A stretch of DNA of 63,926 nt, counting the filler, from Octopus bimaculoides (taxonomy: Eukaryota), in NCBI RefSeq assembly GCF_001194135.2. It is 6 parts of 6 records of this genome, joined end to end, with 100 filler letters (N's around TTAATTAATTAA, not from the genome) between each part and the next. Parts side by side here need not be neighbours in the genome. Positions count along the whole stretch, not along the records: positions 40,223 to 51,024 come from NC_068986.1; positions 51,125 to 61,245 come from NC_069006.1; 4 more parts are not named here. One strand, given 5' to 3'. The position numbers and the translations under genes were made by a program. Below, piece after piece: positions 49,263 through 61,345 of the stretch. The notes beneath the pieces were generated by a model, which saw only the letters and a program-made list of their open reading frames with translations, made no database searches and was not told the origin of the DNA. Each line of letters starts with the position of its first letter. Position 1 is the first letter of the stretch.

Positions 49263-49565
49263 TCATGTAGTGTGTACACAGTCTGTCTCAAGCCTGTAGA
49301 CTTTCGGAAAAAAATGTTTTCTGAATATTTTGCGAAACATTCTAATTATATTCATAGAACAAATGAAGTAAAGACTATGTTTAATCAGAGACAAGTTATT
49401 CAACAGAGTGTGGATGGAGAAATTTACCTCAAATCTTTCATGCGACATTGTAAAGGAATATATTGTGGTAGGGAATATTGTCAGCAGAAAAAAAACATTC
49501 ATCGCAATTACAGCACGAACGGTTGTCCTTTTGCGAGGTGTCTGAGGAAAAGAGTTGGAGGTCAA
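49263..49565 (-). pseudogene. GPCR TM6-TM7 fragment, third paralogue
   Basis: RKRTTVRAVIAMNVFFLLTIFP...LLNNLSLIKHSLYF aligns with RRRTTIRVVIAMNILFLITTLP...LLSTLSLINNSFNF. Confidence 0.8.
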
Positions 49566-49736
49566 GATATGTGTGGTGAGATAGTTATTTATATTTATTT
49601 ATATTCTTATTTCTATTTATAAGATCTATGTAGTGTACAACTATTCATAATTAAATGCTTTGGGAGTTGTATATTGTGTTGTAGTTAATGGTGATAAAGC
49701 AATTACATACATACATATATACTTACATATACACAC

Positions 49737-49773
<37 letters not shown>

Positions 49774-50982
49774 AAGTGATGGGAGAAGGAGAGAGAGAGT
49801 GAGTTTATAATTGTGTATTCTATTTACATTATAGGATAATGTCACAATGTGTTCCCTTGTTCTTTTCCTTCCAGTCAATATATGCAATTACATATTTTCA
49901 TATCCTTCCATTATAATTCTTTCTTTCATACGTAGTCTGTATATCTTCATGAAATTGAAGCATTTGTTTCATTTAGGGTTTGTAGTAACTCCTAATAAAT
50001 AGCAGTTTAAATTGCGCTCGTAATAAGACCGGCAAGGAATCCCAGGATATTTGCCCAATATGAATTTCGTCCATTGAGTACAAAGTAGTTTATAAAGATT
50101 ATCTTCATTATGTTTTGAACCCAAACTGGTTGGTTACATAACCTAACTTATTGTGAGATTCAATTAGACCTTATTTTCATTGAACATATATGCCAATCAC
50201 TTTGAGAAGTAAATGTATATACACAATTTAATGCAACGTGATTTGGATATACCTTGGTATTAATAGACCTCCTGTTTTGGTTATTTAAAACAAGAAATCT
50301 CAGATCAAAATGTCATCTTTTATATTTATATCAGGTGAATAGTCTTAAACGCACTTAATTCACATGAGGTATCTCCGGATGTATAATTTCTGCTATGATG
50401 TGAAGTAATTGAATACTGCGCAGCTGAATAATGAAATTGACTATATTGAAAATATTATTAAACTAAAACAATGTTCTCCTCGTTACACATATATATAGGT
50501 ATAAGGTAGAAGTGTTTAAAAACTCTAAAGGGAGGTTACATCCAAAGGCGCTCCTGATGATTACCTGCATAGATACAGTCCTTGGTAAATGGTATACGTA
50601 GCAGGTAATTCAGCTGGTAAATCGTAGTTTAAATTATATGCAAGACGAAGATGGAGGAAATATAACAGGAAGAAGTTGATCGTTTGAACTAGTAAGGCAT
50701 TAATTTAACTAATTAATAAAGAAATATGGTAGAAATAGTACATTTACGATCGATTATGTTTACCAGTTGTACTGGTAGACATCATCAGAATGCAGAGTCA
50801 TATGTAGAGGCAAGAAGAGCGAAAGACATAGGGATACATTGGTGACGAGAATATAGACAAAGAATGCTAATGTCTACCACTACAACTGGTAAACAGAATC
50901 GATCGTAAATGCACCATTAAATTAATGGCTTACAAGCGCAAACGACTAAATATTTCCTGTTATTTTTCCTCTACTTTCTTCT

Positions 50983-51024
<42 letters not shown>

Positions 51025-51124
51025 NNNNNNNNNNNNNNNNNNNNNNNNNNNNNNNNNNNNNNNNNNNNTTAATTAATTAANNNNNNNNNNNNNNNNNNNN
51101 NNNNNNNNNNNNNNNNNNNNNNNN
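51025..51124. other. Artificial 100-nt scaffold joiner
   Basis: 44N-TTAATTAATTAA-44N. Confidence 0.95.
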
Positions 51125-51518
51125 ATGTTTCTTATTTCTTTATTGCCCACAAGGGGCTAAACATAGAGGAGACAAACAAAGACAAAGGGACTAAGTCGAT
51201 TACATCGACCCCAGTGCGTAACTGGTACTTAATTTATCGACCCCGAAAGGCAAAGTCGACCTCGGCGCAATTTGAACTCAGAACGTAACGGCAGACGAAA
51301 TACCTATTTCTTTACTGCCCACAAGGAGCTACACACAGAGGGGACAAACTGATCAAGTCGATTATATCGACTCCAGTGCGTAATTGGTACTTAATTTATC
51401 GACCCCGAAAGGATGAAAGGCAAAGTCGACTTCGGCGGAATTTGAACTCAGAACGCAGTGGCAGACGAAATACCACTTAGCATTTCGCCCGGCGTGCTAA
51501 CGTTTCTGTTGGCTCGCC
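51125..51518 (-). mobile_element. Tandem dimer of the Tx1-tailed Meta-type SINE
   Basis: Full head-body-tail unit (51305-51518) followed directly by a second unit starting at GGTATTTCGTCT (51293-51304). Confidence 0.9.
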
Positions 51519-52155
51519 GTCATTTATGTTTATTATGATCAATTCCTTTCCACTTCATTTTCCTTTTTGCAAAATCAACTTTGAATCTCAGAGATGTTCC
51601 TTGTTTCTTTTCCTCTTGCATAAGAGGATTTGTCTGGGGAGTCTGTTGTTGTTCATCCTGTGTACGTGTCCCACCCAACGTAAGTTCCTATCATTGAGGA
51701 TATTTAAGCTGTAAATATTAAGTCTCAACAACCTTCTACAATCGAAGACTATTGATATTATCAAAACAGTTATACATACACTTACTGTGAAAATGTCTGG
51801 TCTTGCAGCAAATATAGAACGATATATATTAATATTATTGACACGGGAGAAGCAATACAGTTTTAACTATAAAATTATCGTTCGTTGCATGACAAAGTTT
51901 GAGAAAAGAAAAACGTTTAGAAATGATAATGAAATGGAATAAAATAAAATAGAAAACAAATAAAATTCACTTTCTGATTTTAATCTCTATTCGTTTATTT
52001 AATTGTTTATTTATATCATTTATTTATTGGACTCGTTTTATAATTCTTCTCACCAAAAGTAAAAATAAATAAAAAAAACAACGAGAAGATGAATAAAGCG
52101 TTAAATATGAATTTTGAACATTTACATGAAATTTTAAGTGGATTAGTAAATACAC

Positions 52156-52205
<50 letters not shown>

Positions 52206-52795
52206 CAGGCAGTAACGTGAGCTAATGTGTGTGTATGTGTGTATGTATGCACGCTTGTATGTATCTTTGTATGTATGTATATTATGTATATATATATATA
52301 TATATATATACATATCCTCTTATTGATGTGTATATCTATCTATCCATCCATCTATTCTCCCTCTCCCGCTTTCTCTCTGTGTGTATATATNNNNNNNNNN
52401 NNNNNNNNNNNNNNNNNNNNNNNNNNNNNNNNNNNNNNNNNNNNNNNNNNNNNNNNNNNNNNNNNNNNNNNNNNNNNNNNNNNNNNNNNNNNNNNNNNNN
52501 NNNNNNNNNNNNNNNNNNNNNNNNNNNNNNNNNNNNNNNNNNNNNNNNNNNNNNNNNNNNNNNNNNNNNNNNNNNNNNNNNNNNNNNNNNNNNNNNNNNN
52601 NNNNNNNNNNNNNNNNNNNNNNNNNNNNNNNNNNNNNNNNNNNNNNNNNNNNNNNNNNNNNNNNNNNNNNNNNNNNNNNNNNNNNNNNNNNNNNNNNNNN
52701 NNNNNNNNNNNNNNNNNNNNNNNNNNNNNNNNNNNNNNNNNNNNNNNNNNNNNNNNNNNNNNNNNNNNNNNNNNNNNATATATATATATATATTT

Positions 52796-52830
<35 letters not shown>

Positions 52831-52985
52831 CATGCATACATATATATGTGTGTGCTTGTGTGTGTACATACCTATGTATATACATGTGTCTACACACACA
52901 AACGCTCTCTCTCTCTCATACACACACACTCGTACACGAGCGTGCGGGGACACATATACATATCTGTCTGTCTGTCTGTTTGCCG

Positions 52986-53027
<42 letters not shown>

Positions 53028-53074
53028 ATCTATCTGTATGTCTACCGAACACTTATATATAAACTTATATATGT

Positions 53075-53380
53075 GAAGGCACGTGGTATAGTGCTTAGCG
53101 TATTCGATTCGCGTTTGTAAGGTCCTGAGTTCGATTCCCGACTGCAAGATACTTTATTTCACGTTGCTCCAGTCCATTCAGTTGGCAAAAATGAGTTGTA
53201 CCTGTAATTCAAAGGGGCCAGCCTTGTCTCATTCCGTGTCACGCCGAATCTCCCTGAGCAATACGCCGAGGGCACGTGTATTTGTGGAGTACTCAACCAC
53301 CTGCATGTCAATTCCCCGAGCAGGCTGTTACAGTTGATAGGACCAACTAGAACCCTAGTCATTATAACCGACGGAGAGCC
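53075..53380 (+). mobile_element. tRNA-derived SINE (third family)
   Basis: GGCACGTGGTATAGTGCTTAG (A-box-like), GAGTTCGATTCC (B-box), TTTCACGTTGCTCCAGTCCATTCAG. Confidence 0.75.
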
Positions 53381-54612
53381 AGATCGGGCCAGGCCAAATG
53401 CTCACATAACGGTGTATAAAGATAATATCGTATAATGTCTGACTGCGTATGTATTTAGTGAGAGTACCCTACTACTAATCAATAGTCAGTGTCAGGATTA
53501 TGACAAACGTCTTAGTGAAATACATTAATCAATCGCAGATAGAATCATATTATTAAATATGTTTATAATCATTCAGTAACCCTTCCGGGACATCAAGATG
53601 TTTCTGCGCTTATTCGCTTCTTTTTCCGGTGTAGAACAGATAAGTTCCTGTGAAGCCTTCTTTCAATAAATAGCAGTTGGCGATGAGGGGTTGGATAAAA
53701 ATCTACCAGCAATTACAGAAGGATCGATCTGGGAGATTTTATAGTCAACTGTAAAGAAGCTGTGTTACCGAGGTGAGGTGGTTATACAAAGTCAAGAGGG
53801 CTCTGCCAGGAAAACATTATGTTAGAAAACATAAACACTCAGAACGTGCATCATTTAGTAGATTGTGCTATGTTTTTACTGATCGTTTTAGAAACCTTTG
53901 AGGTGGTTGACAGGCATAAACGATATTTTAAAATTAATTCTTAATTTACTAAAATTATTTCCGTTTTTTCTTTGACAGTCGATAAAGACAGCTGCTAGGT
54001 TTTTGATTTCTTTCTCCGACTAAAAAGAAAATTTTACGTCAGTAAGGATTTTTGTATGTAAATCAGCTTGCATTACGTTCCCACTACATTTATGGTTAAT
54101 CAATATCATTGGTTCATTTGAGTTATTTCTCTTTATCACTTCTGTTTAATACGTATCAAATATACTATACCCAGTTATCTCCCTTATACCTCTGTTATCT
54201 GCCTTGTATCTATGTATGTCACACGATAGAGCCAGAATTTCTTCCAGCCAGATAATACCCAAACTGGAACAATGAGAGAACCCTTACGTGCTGGAGTCAT
54301 ACATGTACGCAATACAAACATACTTCACGTCCACGAACCATCCAGGCTTGTTGGAAATAGCAACCAAATCGCCCTCCAATCACACCTTGTCATCTTAAAA
54401 AGGACACGCAACATAGTGAAGGTCATGGTCGAAACGCTTCTGAGCTTAAGTCTCCTCGAGCTTGATAGAGAGATAAAGACCAACAGCCAGAAAGAGTTAC
54501 GTACAAACTGGCTGACAGACAGATACATGAATATATAAATATATAAATAGATGATAGATGGATAGAGATATAGAAAAAAATAGATATATAGATAGGTAGA
54601 CAAATGAATAGC

Positions 54613-54662
<50 letters not shown>

Positions 54663-55399
54663 TGTGTGTGTGTGTNNNNNNNNNNNNNNNNNNNNNNNNN
54701 NNNNNNNNNNNNNNNNNNNNNNNNNNNNNNNNNNNNNNNNNNNNNNNNNNNNNNNNNNNNNNNNNNNNNNNNNNNNNNNNNNNNNNNNNNNNNNNNNNNN
54801 NNNNNNNNNNNNNNNNNNNNNNNNNNNNNNNNNNNNNNNNNNNNNNNNNNNNNNNNNNNNNNNNNNNNNNNNNNNNNNNNNNNNNNNNNNNNNNNNNNNN
54901 NNNNNNNNNNNNNNNNNNNNNNNNNNNNNNNNNNNNNNNNNNNNNNNNNNNNNNNNNNNNNNNNNNNNNNNNNNNNNNNNNNNNNNNNNNNNNNNNNNNN
55001 NNNNNNNNNNNNNNNNNNNNNNNNNNNNNNNNNNNNNNNNNNNNNNNNNNNNNNNNNNNNNNNNNNNNNNNNNNNNNNNNNNNNNNNNNNNNNNNNNNNN
55101 NNNNNNNNNNNNNNNNNNNNNNNNNNNNNNNNNNNNNNNNNNNNNNNNNNNNNNNNNNNNNNNNNNNNNNNNNNNNNNNNNNNNNNNNNNNNNNNNNNNN
55201 NNNNNNNNNNNNNNNNNNNNNNNNNNNNNNNNNNNNNNNNNNNNNNNNNNNNNNNNNNNNNNNNNNNNNNNNNNNNNNNNNNNNNNNNNNNNNNNNNNNN
55301 NNNNNNNNNNNNNNNNNNNNNNNNNNNNNNNNNNNNNNNNNNNNNNNNNNNNNNNNNNNNNNNNNNNNNNNNNNNNTATATATATATATATATATATCA

Positions 55400-55430
<31 letters not shown>

Positions 55431-55779
55431 CATAAAGTCAGGAGGTCTGAGAGGTAAATATATATTTATTTACTCAACCAAGTGATTTCCATAGGCTTAC
55501 GGCCGTTTCGCAACTTTATTTACTATTAGTTTCAGCATGCAAGAAATTATATGTACATGTTTGCATTAATATATATGCTCAGCATTATACAGTACAGTTG
55601 TATATTCCCAAATCTATGCAGATACAGAAAGCTAGCTCATCAGATCACCTGAACACCATGGTTATATCAGCATCTCAACTGTGAACTGTTGATACAACAA
55701 AGATGTTCCGATGATGTGATGAGCTTAGCCTTCTCTATTTATGGATCCTATGGAAACCACTTTATTCTTTTATTCTTTT

Positions 55780-55990
55780 ATTTGTTTTTGTCATTTGATT
55801 GCGGCCATGATGGAGCACCGCTTTTAGTCGAACAAATCGACCCAAGTACTTATTCTTAGTAAGCCTAGTACTTATTCTATCGGTCTGTTTTGCCGAACCG
55901 CTGAGTTACGGGGACGTAAACACACCAGCATCGGTTGTCAAGCGATGTTGGGTGGACAAGCACACACACACACACACACACACACAGACN
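55780..55990 (-). mobile_element. 3' part of second-family SINE, running into (CA)n and a gap
   Basis: CATTTGATTGCGGCCATGATGGAGCACCGC...GGGGACGTAAACACACCAGCATCGGTTGTCAAGCG. Confidence 0.85.
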
Positions 55991-56858
55991 NNNNNNNNNN
56001 NNNNNNNNNNNNNNNNNNNNNNNNNNNNNNNNNNNNNNNNNNNNNNNNNNNNNNNNNNNNNNNNNNNNNNNNNNNNNNNNNNNNNNNNNNNNNNNNNNNN
56101 NNNNNNNNNNNNNNNNNNNNNNNNNNNNNNNNNNNNNNNNNNNNNNNNNNNNNNNNNNNNNNNNNNNNNNNNNNNNNNNNNNNNNNNNNNNNNNNNNNNN
56201 NNNNNNNNNNNNNNNNNNNNNNNNNNNNNNNNNNNNNNNNNNNNNNNNNNNNNNNNNNNNNNNNNNNNNNNNNNNNNNNNNNNNNNNNNNNNNNNNNNNN
56301 NNNNNNNNNNNNNNNNNNNNNNNNNNNNNNNNNNNNNNNNNNNNNNNNNNNNNNNNNNNNNNNNNNNNNNNNNNNNNNNNNNNNNNNNNNNNNNNNNNNN
56401 NNNNNNNNNNNNNNNNNNNNNNNNNNNNNNNNNNNNNNNNNNNNNNNNNNNNNNNNNNNNNNNNNNNNNNNNNNNNNNNNNNNNNNNNNNNNNNNNNNNN
56501 NNNNNNNNNNNNNNNNNNNNNNNNNNNNNNNNNNNNNNNNNNNNNNNNNNNNNNNNNNNNNNNNNNNNNNNNNNNNNNNNNNNNNNNNNNNNNNNNNNNN
56601 NNNNNNNNNNNNNNNNNNNNNNNNNNNNNNNNNNNNNNNNNNNNNNNNNNNNNNNNNNNNNNNNNNNNNNNNNNNNNNNNNNNNNNNNNNNNNNNNNNNN
56701 NNNNNNNNNNNNNNNNNNNNNNNNNNNNNNNNNNNNNNNNNNNNNNNNNNNNNNNNNNNNNNNNNNNNNNNNNNNNNNNNNNNNNNNNNNNNNNNNNNNN
56801 NNNNNNNNNNNNNNNNNNNNNNNNNNNNNNNNNNNNNNNNNNNNNNNNNNNNNNNNNN

Positions 56859-56921
<63 letters not shown>

Positions 56922-57474
56922 TAGATAGAAAGGAAGTGCAACGAGAGGAATAATGGATGGAAGTGGGTAGTAAGAAAGTGATAGAAGCGACAGTTACCAA
57001 AGAGAAGAAAGATGAGGGCAGAGAGGCAGGAAAGAAGGAGTCGGATGAGGCAAACCGGAAGAAGAAGATGGCGAGGGTGAGAAAGTGCGAGAACACAAAT
57101 AAAGAAAAACGATAAAGAAATTGATAGAATAGGGGTGGACTGGAGTGGGGTATGTAAGTAAAAATGGCGGCGCGTGAGTATAGATAGGAGGAAGAGGGGG
57201 AGGAGTAGAATGAAGAGGAGGAGGAGGACGTGAGGTAGGTCTACGGATTCTAACAAGATATCGCTGTTAGGCATTTCTTTAGAAGAAAACATGTGTGTTT
57301 GGTCTACACCAGATGGCGCGCGTGCGTGTGTATGTGTGTGTGTGTGTGTGTGTGTATGTGTGTGAATGTGCGCGTGTGTATATATTTGAGTGCGAAGGTG
57401 TATGGTAAGAGTGCATGTATATGTGTGTGTGTGTGTGTATGAGAGTCTGAGTGTGTGTGTATGCTTCAGTAAAG

Positions 57475-57576
57475 TATCATATCATCACCAGCATCATCAT
57501 CGACATAATCATAATCATCATCATCATCATCATCATCGCCACCACAACCGTTATGGTCATTATCATTATCGTCTGC

Positions 57577-57608
<32 letters not shown>

Positions 57609-57683
57609 ATGGTTTGAGTCTGGCCTGGACATGTACGGCTGCCGGATACATCAATGTAAGTGGTATATTGTTGTTGTTGTTGG

Positions 57684-57714
<31 letters not shown>

Positions 57715-57885
57715 GGTGAAGGTGATGATGATGATGATGATGGTGATGGTGATGATGATGATGATGATGATGATGGTGATGATGGTGATGAAGGTGGTGA
57801 TGATGATGATGATGATGATGATGAAGGTGATGATGATGATGATGATGAAGGTGATGATGATGATGATGATGATGGTGATGATGAT
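57475..57885. repeat. (CAT)n tract followed by inverted (GAT/GGT)n tract
   Basis: Direct reading; the two tracts are complementary and about 70 bp apart. Confidence 0.9.
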
Positions 57886-58236
57886 TGTGCTTGTTTGGGT
57901 AACGCTGATTGTTATCCTAACACAACGAAGGAAAAATCGTGTATGCACATATGTGTATGAGTGTGTATATATATATATATATATATATACTTATATATAT
58001 GTATACACACTCACACACAGACACACACACACACACACAGACACACACACACACACACAGACACACACACACACACATATATGTATATATGCGTATATAT
58101 ACAGACACACATACATACTCACACACGCATATGTATATATAAATACATATGTATATATATATAAATATATATGTGTATGTATATTATATATGTGTATGTA
58201 TATTATATATGTATGCATGAATATGTATGTATACGC

Positions 58237-58300
<64 letters not shown>

Positions 58301-58579
58301 GTGTATGAAATATACATATACACACGTGTGTCTGCATGCATTTGAAGGAAGTAGAATGGTGGCCATGTTCTTAACAAAGCTTCCAAAAATGGGAATATCA
58401 GCGGGAATGATATACAGCTAAGATTACTTTAGGTTGATGCCTGGAGGAACAACATATGCAAAGCTGGTATTCCAGCGGCCAGTTCTGGGGAATAAAGTTA
58501 TCTGTGAGTGTGTGCGTGTGTGTGTCTACTGACAAGTACTATTGCTAGAGAAAACCAGACGAAGAACAATAAACATTAA

Positions 58580-59210
58580 TAATAACTCCAACCATTATAA
58601 AACACATCACAAATAATATTAGTAGACGAATACGAAAACTATTTTCAGATAATGAAATATTTAATGCTGCAGCGACACCTTTGCATGACGTGATTTTAAT
58701 GAGAAACTGAAATATAAATAAATAAAGAAATGCTGAGAGAGCTTTCTGAAAACAGAGACATGAAAATTAATTATAATCGTTCGTATAGAAACCCGAACCG
58801 TATTCAAAAATGTTTCAAGGACCTTGCTGACAGTTGTAAGTATATACTTCATCGCTTTACACAAATGCTACGAAGTATTTAATAGAAATTCTATTAAAAT
58901 CAGGTATACTTGTTGGATAAAGGCACACAAATTTCCAATTACCCCAAACACAACAATACAACTCAACCATTTAAATCTAAATTAAACTCAAGAAATACAT
59001 AAAATGTCAAAAATGTCCGCAGATATGTAGAGCTGATATAAGATCAACTGATGGCGCAAAATTGGTATATAACAGATTGACAGGAAACACTTTCAAAACA
59101 CTTTATACAAAACATATAGGGACAAAAGCAAACCCGCATCGCTATCGCAAGACATATGGTACCTAAATGATAATATTGAAAACGATGTTACTATATAATG
59201 AAGCCTTGCT
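58580..59210 (+). mobile_element. Penelope-like element fragment (RT thumb to GIY-YIG region), degraded
   Basis: PTIIKHITNNISRRIRKLFSDNEIFNAAATP, RNSIKIRYTC, GNTFKTLY, SLSQDIWYL remnants. Confidence 0.7.
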
Positions 59211-59407
59211 CAGTAAGCAAGTTTGCATAACGGACTGAAAGTTCCAGCTGGAACTTATGCACGACTGGGAAAATTAAAATACTAACACCCTTGGATATCC
59301 TATATAGGAGAGATGGCTGAATATTTGCATAGGGAACATTCTTAATCCTTCATTTTTATACATAATCCTGTGCCAGATACATTCGAATTGGTACAGCTAC
59401 ACACACG

Positions 59408-59476
<69 letters not shown>

Positions 59477-60353
59477 NNNNNNNNNNNNNNNNNNNNNNNN
59501 NNNNNNNNNNNNNNNNNNNNNNNNNNNNNNNNNNNNNNNNNNNNNNNNNNNNNNNNNNNNNNNNNNNNNNNNNNNNNNNNNNNNNNNNNNNNNNNNNNNN
59601 NNNNNNNNNNNNNNNNNNNNNNNNNNNNNNNNNNNNNNNNNNNNNNNNNNNNNNNNNNNNNNNNNNNNNNNNNNNNNNNNNNNNNNNNNNNNNNNNNNNN
59701 NNNNNNNNNNNNNNNNNNNNNNNNNNNNNNNNNNNNNNNNNNNNNNNNNNNNNNNNNNNNNNNNNNNNNNNNNNNNNNNNNNNNNNNNNNNNNNNNNNNN
59801 NNNNNNNNNNNNNNNNNNNNNNNNNNNNNNNNNNNNNNNNNNNNNNNNNNNNNNNNNNNNNNNNNNNNNNNNNNNNNNNNNNNNNNNNNNNNNNNNNNNN
59901 NNNNNNNNNNNNNNNNNNNNNNNNNNNNNNNNNNNNNNNNNNNNNNNNNNNNNNNNNNNNNNNNNNNNNNNNNNNNNNNNNNNNNNNNNNNNNNNNNNNN
60001 NNNNNNNNNNNNNNNNNNNNNNNNNNNNNNNNNNNNNNNNNNNNNNNNNNNNNNNNNNNNNNNNNNNNNNNNNNNNNNNNNNNNNNNNNNNNNNNNNNNN
60101 NNNNNNNNNNNNNNNNNNNNNNNNNNNNNNNNNNNNNNNNNNNNNNNNNNNNNNNNNNNNNNNNNNNNNNNNNNNNNNNNNNNNNNNNNNNNNNNNNNNN
60201 NNNNNNNNNNNNNNNNNNNNNNNNNNNNNNNNNNNNNNNNNNNNNNNNNNNNNNNNNNNNNNNNNNNNNNNNNNNNNNNNNNNNNNNNNNNNNNNNNNNN
60301 NNNNNNNNNNNNNNNNNNNNNNNNNNNNNNNNNNNNNNNNNNNNNNNNNNNNN

Positions 60354-60388
<35 letters not shown>

Positions 60389-60444
60389 ACACACATACAT
60401 CGTGATTGTCTACTCCTTATGCGGAATCTGACCACCTCTTGTAC

Positions 60445-60860
60445 TTACACCTTAGATCCATCATGGCGTCTGATGTGGCTTTTTAAACCAGACAATGTAA
60501 TGAAAAGACACCCACATAGATTGCATATTTGATTTGGACCACCAAGAGCTGCAGTTCAGTTCTGATCTTTGTTGATCTTAAAATGTCTTTTGAGGCCTCC
60601 ATTAGATTTGCAGACCTTATGGCATACACAGCATTGGAAGGTGTGCACAGGTAAATAGGCAGAGTGGTTGGTGGAAGGTCGTTTTTCATGGGTCCGCAAA
60701 TGAGATTTGAGCCCAGCAAAAGAAAAGCATGGTCTGTCACAAACTGTGCACACAAAAAGGTCCCCTGAGATTCACCTTCTCGATTGTAACATTCTTTTTA
60801 AAATCGCTCCTGAATCTTGCACGAGTCATCCTGGCCTCCTCAAAAGCTTTCACACCACTC
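60445..60860 (-). mobile_element. 3' end of an RTE-like LINE ORF with three C2H2 zinc fingers
   Basis: AFEEARMTRARFR...CTVCDRPCFSFAGLKSHLRTH...CCVCHKVCKSNGGLKRHFKIN...*...CNLCGCLFITLSGLKSHIRRH..*, all in one frame with one internal stop. Confidence 0.6.
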
Positions 60861-61245
60861 TACACTTTATACATACATACAGACAGACATATTTATAGCT
60901 ATGCGTGTGTGTCTTCGTGTCTGTGTTTGTCTAACACTACCACCACCGCTTGACAGCCTCTTTTTATGCGTTTACATCCCCTTAACTTTAGTGGTTCGGT
61001 GAAAGAGACCCACAGAATAAGCACCAGGCTTAAAAAAAAAAAAAAAAAATTATCGGGGTTGAGTCATTCAACTAAAAAGGGCTAGCTTGAGCATAACCCC
61101 ATGAACCAGAAAAAAAAGGGTAAAAAGAGAATCACTAACTGTAATGTGCTTTTCTGCATGACATTATTGGCCAAAGTTACCGTGGTCCTTTCTGTAGGCT
61201 TTTCTTCCCACGGATAAACCTAATCTGTTTCCCCCTTTACACTTT

Positions 61246-61345
61246 NNNNNNNNNNNNNNNNNNNNNNNNNNNNNNNNNNNNNNNNNNNNTTAATTAATTA
61301 ANNNNNNNNNNNNNNNNNNNNNNNNNNNNNNNNNNNNNNNNNNNN
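61246..61345. other. Artificial 100-nt scaffold joiner
   Basis: 44N-TTAATTAATTAA-44N. Confidence 0.95.

Noticed and set aside
49880-50130. Possible further GPCR fragment (ANILGFLAGLITSAI) upstream of the third paralogue
   Set aside because: Hydrophobic but full of stops and not alignable to the cluster members by eye.
51421-51518. tRNA genes (also 32180, 32410, 53075)
   Set aside because: A/B-box-like heads continue into SINE bodies and cannot form a full cloverleaf.
57451-57960. Acidic poly-Asp protein
   Set aside because: Translation of (CAT)n/(GAT)n repeats; no splice or domain support.
60556-60753. Host C2H2 zinc-finger gene
   Set aside because: Lacks TGEKP linkers and splice signals, and the upstream residues resemble an RTE ORF end; listed as a mobile-element fragment instead.
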